NCBI RefSeq assembly: GCF_006345805.1
Contig: NC_043000.1
Span: forward strand, 79,856,001-79,920,000
Length of the DNA stretch: 64,000 nt
Origin: Octopus sinensis
Lineage: Eukaryota
Direction: 5' to 3'
Part shown: positions 54,451-64,000 of the stretch, piece after piece
Layout: every line of letters starts with the position of its first letter
Numbering within the stretch: the stretch's first letter is position 1
The notes under the pieces: generated by a model
Told to the model about the DNA's origin: nothing
Databases searched by the model: none
Seen by the model: only the letters and a program-made list of their open reading frames with translations
Program-made: the position numbers and the translations under genes

Positions 54451-55124
54451 TATTGCAAGTTTTGGAGAAGATTACACATACAAACTGCATCTGGTACTTA
54501 TTTTATCAAACCTGAAAGTATGAAAGGCAAAGTTAACTTCAGCAGAATTTGGACTCAGAAAATAAAGACAGACCAAATGCCACTAATCATTTCAGAATTC
54601 ATAGTTAAACTTGAACTCAGCTCTTTAAGTTTACATATCCCTGGTTGATTGCATACTTGTTTTACAGCAAGAAATCATGTTGTTATTTAACCCCAGGTAA
54701 GTCCTTACTGAACAAACCTGTGATTAACGATGTTCCAGCTATGACTACCCAGTCTTCTTTCAAACTTAGTGTATCCAATGTGTATTTCATTTTTATTGAT
54801 CTCAACAACCAGCACATAACTGTCATTCTCTTCCTCCAGAATTATTTCCTCCTCCACCATCTTCCCGTTCCTATTGTTTTGTTTCCATCACCATGCTTAT
54901 AATTTCTCTATCAACTAGTTTCTTAATAATCTTTTCAATCATATTTGTCTTCATTGAATAGAGACAATATATATTTGAGAAGACTTTCTGGTCTGGCAGG
55001 AGACAAAGCAAGCTCATGCTGGAGCCATGATAGAATGCTTCCAGTACACTCTGTCAAAGGATTGGTATTACAAAGGTTGTCCATCCATAGATATCATGCA
55101 AAAAATGGAAACATGAGTATGTGA

Positions 55125-55266
55125 AGTAAGAAGTTTGCTTCCCAGCCACATGGTTCCAGGTTCAGTCCCACTGTGCGTCACCTTGGGCAAGTGTCTTCTA
55201 CTACAGCCATGGGCTGACCAAAGCCTTGTAGGTGACTTTGGTAGATGGGAATTGAAAGAAGCCTAT

Positions 55267-55309
<43 letters not shown>

Positions 55310-55620
55310 CATCATCATCGTTTAATGTCCACTTTCCATGCTAGCATGGGTTGGACGATTTTGACTGAGGGCTGGTGAACCAGATGGCTGCACCAGGCTC
55401 CAATCTTGATCTGACAGAGTTTCTACAACTGGATGCCCTTCCTAATGCCAACCACTCCGAGAGTGTAGTGGGTGCTTTTTACGTGCCACTAGAATGGGGG
55501 CCAGTAAGGCGGTACTGGCAATGACCTTGCTCAAATCTTTTTACACATGCCACCAGCACAAGTGCCAGTAAGGCGACGTTGGTAACAATCACGCTCGAAT
55601 GGTGCCCTTTTACATGCCAG
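55125..55620. mobile_element. Partial SINE A (+) joined to an RTE 3' UTR (-)
   Basis: SINE A core at 55125-55265; (CAT)n-RTE tail at 55310-55620. Confidence 0.85.
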
Positions 55621-56134
55621 GGGAATGGAATAGATAAAATCCAGGCTACATACGTTTCATAGTGAGTGGAATCTTGGAAGTAGTAATTTTCTAAATGAGG
55701 AGAAGACCACAAGCTACTCTTCAGATCAAAAATGCCTTGATTATATGAAGTCTACATTGCTGCTTGGAGATCTTTATTGTACTTCAATATGAGAAAAATT
55801 CACAACCTTCTGCACCAATAAATCACTATTGTTCCTGAAAGTTGTTTTTTATGTATATGAATTGCTTGAAGGCTCACCAACTTCTTACATATATATCTCA
55901 TCATCATCATCCTCATCATCGTCGTCATCATCGTCATCATCATCATCTTCATCATTTTATGTCTACTTTCCATATTGACATTGGCTGAACTGCTAGTCAG
56001 TGTCTGAGTTCTTATTCAAAGTAATTGCTCTTTTGGTTGGGCTGGAGGACCAAGACAAGAGAGGTTGTCAACTTTCTCATATAAACTGAAGCAAATATTT
56101 TTACAAATTATCTCACAGTAAAAAAGCATGTACC

Positions 56135-56366
56135 TATTTCTTTACTACCCACAAGGGGCTAACATAGAGGGGACAAACAAGGACAGACAAATGGATTAAG
56201 TCGATTACATCAACTCCAGTGCGTAACTGGTACTTGTTTAATCGACCCCGAAAGGATGAAAGGCAAAGTTGACCTCGGTGGAATTTGAACTCAGAACATA
56301 GTGGCAGACGAAATACCGCTAAGCATTTCACCCAGTGTGTTAACGATTCTGCTAGCTCGTCGCCTT
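56135..56366 (-). mobile_element. SINE family B, young full copy
   Basis: Minus head aaggcgacgagctagcagaatcgttaac; central catcctttcggggtcgattaaacaagtaccag; flanks aaagcatgtacc on both sides (TSD-like). Confidence 0.9.
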
Positions 56367-56419
56367 TAAAAGCATGTACCTGGTATATGAATGCATATAT
56401 GAATATATATATATAGGCA

Positions 56420-56960
56420 AAAAAAATGAACTCCAGGAAACTATTACCACAACTGGCAACAAAGGTCTTTTCTCTCACAGTGTAGGGCAGATTATATGAT
56501 GCTTATGTTGGAACTATGATGCTGGAAGGTAGTGAGATATGAGCCTTGAGAGCAGAGGAGTCAAGAAGACTGAAAAGAAATGAAGATAGCATGCTCCATT
56601 GGATGTGCAATGTAAATATGTATGAACAACATAGTACGAATGTGTTGAGAAAATAACTAGGTGTAACAAGAACCAATTGTAACAAACAAAAAAGGAGACT
56701 GCACTATATGGATATGTGATGTGTGGATGAGGACAGTTTTATAAAGGAGTGGCAATCACTTAATGTGGTGGAAGTTTGTGGAAGAGGGAGACCCAGTACA
56801 TGCATTAAAGCAATTGGCATTAGGAAGGACAACCAGGCATAGAAACCCTGCCAAAGCAGACACAGGAGTTTAATACAGTTCTTGGACCTTTGAGATCCTA
56901 TCAAACTGATTGATCCATGCCAGTATCAGACATGGACATTAAACAATGAGGAGGAAAATG
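56420..56960 (+). mobile_element. Decayed RTE-like 3' fragment
   Basis: GRLYDAYVGTMMLEGSEI, RNEDSMLHWMCNV, LHYMDM and CGRGRP, homologous to 49080-49400. Confidence 0.8.
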
Positions 56961-57040
56961 AGGGTATATGTATGCATATGAACACTGCACCAACTTCATC
57001 ATTGTCAGATCAATAGAAAATCACTATCTACCTACCTATC

Positions 57041-57087
<47 letters not shown>

Positions 57088-58359
57088 TAAACACACAGAT
57101 GTCTATATCTGTATATATATATTACATACACATACAAACTGTTGTTCTATCTCTGATGCTCTGCAGCCTCAAGGGTGGGATGGCTGAGTGTCTATCTCTA
57201 CTGGCAACTATGTAACCACCTGAAACAATTACAAAAAGTATAGTACATGCTACAAAGTCAATCATACAAATGATGGCTACAGTTATGCACATGCATACAC
57301 AAACACACATACATGCACCAAAACATATACATACCACTCTTTTATACTTCTAATACACTCACAAACAAAAGAAAGATAGTAAGGAAAAAATTAATAAGTT
57401 GTAAAGAAATTCATATATTTATTACAGAATTTTTAGTCAAAGAAAAATATTTCCCTCCAAAATTAACATTTCAAAAATATCCTTTCAAATTCAAAATTTA
57501 TATTTATGACTAGAAAATTTTGTGAAAAAGAAACACATTTTAGAAAAAATATGATTCTGATTAAAAGAAAAAAACTTTTTAGAAAATTTTTGTGATTTCT
57601 ACTAAGAAAAAAAAAATCCCGAAACTCCATTATTTCACCTATTTAGAGTTTTTTGTGTTCATTACCAGAGGATTCTCATGTTTCTGGTCACAGAATTCCA
57701 AGGTGCAGTAACTTGCATTTGTGTGGTTTCTTTAAGAGAATGAATTCAAGAATTAATGAAAATGGTTAGTAACAACAACAACAAGATGATGATGATGATG
57801 ATGATGGTGATGTGTTATAAATATCATTACAAATAATCAAGCTTGAAACAAATATTTATAGAAACATAGTATAAAAAATTTACCTTCCCAAAATAAAAAG
57901 GTTAAATCTTCTAAATAACGTTTAAATAACATCTACAACAATTAAACTCATGTTAGACATCTGCTGGCCAACTAATCTTTTGCTCTACATACACTCTTTT
58001 GTGAACCCTATAAAAGCTACCCCTTGACTAGCAGCTGACTCACCTAAACAAGCACACCTGTTTACCAAGTTTTACATGCTTGATTGAACTGAACAATAAC
58101 AACTCTGTCTTTAAACAATAAAACTTTACACAATATTTTCATTTCAGAATTCACCCTACAACCAAATTAAAATTAAACATAGCTCTACATACCACAGAAA
58201 GATAAACCTAGCAGTATCTACATAAGGCCAAGATTAATTCAAATAGACAACAGTCCAATAAGAATAGTAGACTAAAGCTTTGGAAACATTCTCAGTACTC
58301 TTCTTGAAAAAGCATAATAAATAAGTATATATATCTACAAAAAGCATTAAATAATCTTT

Positions 58360-58965
58360 CAGTTTATTTCATGTTTCTCTAGTCCACTCAGCTGGCAAAA
58401 ATGAGTTGTATCTGTTGTTCAATAGGCCAGCTTTATCACATGCAGTGTGTTACACTGAATCTTCCTGAACACCACGTTAAGGATACTAATGTCTGTGGAA
58501 CGCTCAGCTACTTGCATGTTAATTTCATGAGCAAGCTTTTACATTGGTTATATCAACTGGAATACTCCCCATCATGACTGATGGAGTACCTGAACACACA
58601 CATATATGTATATATATATGCATGTGTGTGAGTGACTGTGCATGTGTGAAGGCACATGGCTTAGTGGTCAGCGTATTTGGCTAACAGTTTTTCGGTTGTA
58701 TGCTTGATTTTTGGTGTTGTATTCTGTCCCCGATCAAGACACTTTATTTCACATTGCTCCAGTCCACTCACCTGGCAAATATGAGTTGTACCTGCACTTC
58801 AAATGGCCAGCCTTGTCAAACACTTTTTCATACTGAATCTCTCTGACAACTATGTTAAGGATACGCATGTCTGGGGAATGCTCAGCCACTTGCCAGTAAT
58901 TTCACAAGCAGGCTGTTCTGTTGATCAGATCAACTGGAACACTTGTTGTAATTACCATAGTACCA
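58360..58965 (+). mobile_element. Two SINE family C copies (partial, then full from about 58648)
   Basis: Motifs shared with 28010-28310. Confidence 0.85.
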
Positions 58966-58984
58966 GTTTAGTTAATACATAAAT

Positions 58985-60103
58985 AGGTGCAGGGGTGGCT
59001 GTGTGGTAAGAAGCTCACTTCCCAACCACATGGTTCTAGGTTCCATCCCACTGCATGGCACCTTGGGCAACTATCTTCTACTATGATCTTGGGCTTACCA
59101 AAGCCTTGTAAGTGGATTTGGTAGATGAAAACTGAAAGAAGCCTGTCAAGAATAATCAGCCAAAATTGCGAGGATAATTTGGTGCTTGACTGAGGAAGAA
59201 AACTTCGAATGACCTGTCTTTGTTTTCTTTGTATCGTCTATCTGGATGCTTTGTTGTCCCTTTTTGTATCACCTAGCTGTCCGGATGTTTTGCGTTCTTG
59301 TTCCATTTTGTATTTTATATATATATATATGTATAGCAGCGTACATACACTTTGCTCTTTTATATGTAAGTATACATTTTTCTAAATTTTGTATGACTCT
59401 ATTTCTGTCTGTCTATCAGCCCTTTTACACTTATTTGTTCATTCCACTCTTTGTTCTCTCGTCCCCCCTCTCTCACATTTCTTTGCCTTCTCTTCTTACT
59501 CACTTTCCCTCCACTTTTCACTTCACTGTGTCCCTATCCTTTTTCTTGCCCCTCCATAATTCTTCTGTCCCTCTGCTTCTACTTCTCTCTCTTCTCTTCA
59601 CACGTGACTGCCGGTCAGCCTAGCCTGTTCTTTCTTTCTTGGTCTGACTGTTGTCCGTGCAACATCAATATTCCTCTCTGTGTTTGTGAAAATTTTGTAT
59701 CTCTGCCGTAAGGCTTCATTTTCACATGCGTCAACTTAATTGAGTTCGTCCTTAGTCGAAAGACACCTGTTGTTATGTCTTGTTATAATTTTTATTGTAT
59801 TTATATTTGTGTAACTTTGTCCATTTTTTCTGTCCTTGTTTTGTATACATTCGCTGCTTTCTTCCAAGGAATCTAATGCTCTTAGCTTAGTTTTTCCTTG
59901 GGGCTGGCTAGATTGGAGCAATCTCAAGAATGATCAGCCAAAATTGTGAGGATAATCTGGTGCTTGACAGAAAACTTCGAATGACCTGTCTTTGTTTTCT
60001 TTCTATCTTCCATCTGGATGTTTTGTTGTCCTTTTTTGTATCACCTAGCTGTCCGGATGTTTTGCGTTCTTGTCCCATTTTGTATTTTATACATACATAC
60101 ATG

Positions 60104-60137
<34 letters not shown>

Positions 60138-60933
60138 TATATATATTATATATATATATGTATAGCAGCGTACATACACTTTGCTCTTTTATATGTAAGT
60201 ATACATTTTTCTAAATTTTGTATGACTCTATTTCTGTCTGTCTATCAGCCCTTTTACACTTATTTGTTCATTCCACTCTTTGTTCTTTCGTCCCCCCTCT
60301 CTCACATTTCTTTGCCTTCTCTTCTTACTCACTTTCCCTCCACTTTTCACTTCACTGTGTCCCTATCCTTTTTCTTGCCCCTCCATAATTCTTCTGTCCC
60401 TCTGCTTCTACTTCTCTCTCTCTCTCTTCACACGTGACTGCCGGTCAGCCTAGCCTGTTCTTTCTTTCTTGGTCTGACTGTTGTCCGTGCAACATCAATA
60501 TTCCTCTCTGTGTTTGTGAAAATTTTGTATCTCTGCCGTAAGGCTTCATTTTCACATGCGTCAACTTAATTGAGTTCGTCCTTAGTCGAAAGACACCTGT
60601 TGTTATGTCTTGTTATAATTTTTATTGTATTTATATTTGTGTAACTTTGTCCATTTTTTCTGTCCTTGTTTTGTATACATTCGCTGCTTTCTTCCAAGGA
60701 ATCTAATGCTCTTAGCTTAGTTTTTCCTTGGGGCTGGCTAGATTGGAGCAATCTCAAGAATGATCAGCCAAAATTGTGAGGATAATCTGGTGCTTGACAG
60801 AAAACTTCGAATGACCTGTCTTTGTTTTCTTTCTATCTTCCATCTGGATGTTTTGTTGTCCTTTTTTGTATCACCTAGCTGTCCGGATGTTTTGCGTTCT
60901 TGTCCCATTTTGTATTTTATACATACATACATG

Positions 60934-60989
<56 letters not shown>

Positions 60990-61228
60990 GTATATCTGTG
61001 TGTGTGTGTGTGTATGCTTTTGTATTTTCCCCCACCCACTGCTTGACAATTGGTGTATATGTGTTTAAGTTCCTATAACTTGGTAGTTCAGCAAAGGAAG
61101 TCAATAGAATAAGTACCAGGCTTTAAAAAATTAAGTACTGGGGTCAATTCATTCGACTAAAAATTCTTCAAGACAGTGCTCCAGCATGGCAGCAGTCTAA
61201 TGACTGAAACAGGTAAAAGATAAAAGAT
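58985..61228 (+). mobile_element. SINE family A split by a 1.8-kb tandem insert
   Basis: Head at 58985-59146 ending gaaagaagcctgt; tail at about 61000-61228. Confidence 0.85.
59147..60960 (+). repeat. Tandem array of about 2.2 units of a 780-830 bp element
   Basis: Units start caagaat.atcagccaaaattg at 59147, 59925 and 60755; units 2 and 3 are nearly identical. Confidence 0.93.
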
Positions 61229-62071
61229 GAAAGCTATATCACTTTGTATTTATTTTAAGGTCATTTTCCCATACTGGCATGTGGGTTGAATGAAAATTTA
61301 TGGAGGCAGTATGTTATGGCTGGATACTCTTATCTGTTTTTCATGTAAGGAATTTCCTTTTCCATGACATCATTGTTTTTATTCAGTGTCATGCAGTTGT
61401 GACCACACCACTTCCACAGCTGTCTGCTTTTTTTTCTCTTTCTCTTTTTCTGGATAGAGGGCTCTCAAGTTACTTTTACTATCAATCATATAACAAAAGA
61501 GCCTCTTATCAAGCACTGATCATCTGACTGACCTTCTCTCTACTCTCATAAACCTCTGGTATTTAAGGTTCATCAGAACCTGGCAGTCTGTGTAGACCTT
61601 ACATGAGCACATGTTTCAGATCAATTTTGCACTCACCACATAAAGGGGACAACAAGTTAAGGCTCAAGAACAGTATCAATATCTCTAGTTGTTCCCATAT
61701 TCCTTCTTCCAATGTATGGACTCATATGAATACAAGCTGAAATTGTTTTCCTGCTTTATCTATGATTTGAGACCAAGTTCACAGTTTTATGTGCTCTGCC
61801 CCTGTTGGGAAAATGTTCATCTTCATACATTGGACTGGACTTTTGCCTAACTCTCTTTTGAAAGTATAAAGAAAGTTTCTTCCATTTTGTAAAACAGGCA
61901 TATGTCCAACTATTAGACAAATGTGAGTTTCTAGCAACATTCTAGATGCCAGATATCTAATCTTGGTATTTACTTGATCCCAGGTACATCTCTATCAAAG
62001 AGATGTACCTGGGATGAAGTAAAGAGGAAGATGTTTTTTAGAAATGGCAACTACACCTTTTTACCATTCAG

Positions 62072-62147
<76 letters not shown>

Positions 62148-62148
<1 letters not shown>

Positions 62149-62800
62149 TAAGACATGACAGAGTTGGCCAATATCTACACTGGCTAATAAGTCGGCATTA
62201 CAATATCAAAACTGCCGACAAGTGGTATAATCACCACCCTGAGGCTGTAACTGAAGGAGAAAATGTAACCATTCTGTGGGACTTTCCAGTACATACAGAC
62301 CGAACCATCAAGGCCAATAAACCAGATATTGTTGTGAAAGACGAAAACAATAAAGTTTGCTTATTGATCGACATGAGCATCCCCTGTGATCATAATATCT
62401 CAGCGAAAGAGTTTGACAAGCTCAGAAAATATAAAGACCTACTCATTGAAATTGAGAAAATGTGGCATCTCAACGCGGTTACAATACCAGTGATCGTAGG
62501 AGCACTAGGAATGATCAAGAAGGGAACCGAAAATTATATGAGAATGATCCCTGGCTTACCATCCCTGCAAGAAGTGCAAAAGATTGTCTTAACTGGTACA
62601 TCACACGTATTGAGAAGAGCATTGTCGATGTGAGAACTGTTGCTGCTCATGTATTTTAATTTAACTTAAAAAAAAGAAAAAAAAAAAAATGAACGAACTT
62701 CTGAGTTTGGTTTAATGGCCTACCAATGTATACTATGAGTTTCTTTGCCCTAGGAGTCGGGAAGCCACTCGGCAAGAAATGGAAGCAAATTTGAAAGAAG
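62148..62800 (+). mobile_element. 5'-truncated R4/Dong-like element inserted in (AAT)n
   Basis: RHDRVGQYLHW, ILWDFPVHTD, NKPDIVVKD, LIDMSIP and IPVIVGALG, stop at 62633; (AAT)n on both sides. Confidence 0.94.
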
Positions 62801-62813
62801 AAGAAAAAAAAAA

Positions 62814-62846
<33 letters not shown>

Positions 62847-62867
62847 GTAATAATAATAATAATAATG

Positions 62868-63078
62868 GTTTCACATTGTGACACAAGGCCAGCAATTTTG
62901 GGGTAGAGGTAAGGTGATTACATTGACCCCAGTGCTCAACTCGTCCTTATTTTATCAAAACTGAAATGATGAAAGGCAAAGTTGGCTTCAGCAAAATTTG
63001 AACTCAGAAAATAAAGACAGACTAAATGCCACAAAGCATTTCACCCAGGTGCTAACGATTCTGCCAGCTTGCTACCTT
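62868..63078 (-). mobile_element. SINE family B
   Basis: Family B motifs, flanked by (AAT)n. Confidence 0.85.
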
Positions 63079-63356
63079 AGGAATAATAATAATAACAATG
63101 ATTAATTGTATTAAAGATTTCTTATTTTGCTCAAGGTCACACACACTTTAAGGAAGAAGTGTAGTGAATTGAATTGACACCTGTAATTCATCTGCACTCA
63201 TTTTATTGATCTCAGAAGGATGAAGAGCAAAACTGACTCTGGTAGGATTTGAACTCTAAACATAGAGATACAGGGCTAAATAATGAGATGTAGTAACTAT
63301 ATTCTGCTACTCTGCACTATAATAATAGCAATAACAATAACACAATGATCATCATT

Positions 63357-63393
<37 letters not shown>

Positions 63394-64000
63394 ACACCCC
63401 TCCTCTTCCTCCTCTCCTCTCTCCCTCCTCCCCTCTTCGTCCTCCCCTCCTCCTCATTATCATCAAAAACTGCAATAATAACCAATAATAATAAGAACTG
63501 CTACTAAATTGCTAACAATCAGGAAATGGACTGTCCCTCCCTATGTAAAAAAGCAAAAATAAATAAATGAAATTAATTAATCAACAGACAACAACAACAA
63601 ATAAAAAAAATTTAAGAAATGACTTCCGCACCTTTATTTTACAACTTCAAAGATATTTCAAAAACAGAGGGGAAAAACAGGTTTAAAATACAAGTCAAAT
63701 TGATGCATTTTCGAATAATCTGAAATAATTTAGAGAAAATGGGTTTATTTCATTTTACTTGATTTTAAATATTTATTATTTTTTGTGGTTTCTATGATGG
63801 GGGCTGGGTTAGAATTCACATTTTAAGCAGGCACAGAATTCATCTTTTGTTTATATATTTCTACTAAATTTTAATTTTTTCTTGTTTTCCCTATAGTGCT
63901 ATTTTGTATTTAGGTTTTGGTGTTATACTTTAAATTTTAGACAACCAATTTGATTGGGACCAAATAAAAATGTAAGGATGTATATTTTCTGTACCCTCCT

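Noticed and set aside
58148-58230. Next kinesin exon after a strong acceptor (ttttcatttcAG)
   Set aside because: The phase-0 reading hits a stop, lacks ELxGNIRV, and has no donor.

Overview
Eukaryotic, AT-rich, microsatellite-saturated DNA. The repeat families, (AAT)n/(TA)n density and SINE types point to a coleoid cephalopod, most likely Octopus; this is an inference from recalled repeat families, not a database result. Almost the whole window appears to be intronic. Two phase-compatible + strand exons (4267-4405 and 27658-27761, about 23 kb apart) encode a coiled coil ending in ERKQRKQLHNDLM, the neck just before the motor of a C-terminal (kinesin-14/KIF25/KIFC-like) kinesin; the motor exon was not found here. 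The introns hold nested transposons: many R4/Dong-like RLE non-LTR fragments in (AAT)n arrays, an RTE-like LINE with an internal PHD finger plus many copies of its 3' tail, three tRNA-derived SINE families, a full-length decayed mariner, a Tc1 half, a hAT-like element, and a MITE with a (CCCTAA)n core. The most notable signal is a recurring Penelope-like element (PLE)/minimal hammerhead ribozyme architecture. It includes coding PLEs with inverted ends, short palindromic derivatives, tandem retrozyme-like arrays, an inverted duplication of host flank around a PLE, and a head-to-head pair of tRNA-headed SINEs with hammerhead-bearing tails. Most long ORFs in the supplied track are microsatellite artefacts. 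Boundaries were read by eye and many are approximate.
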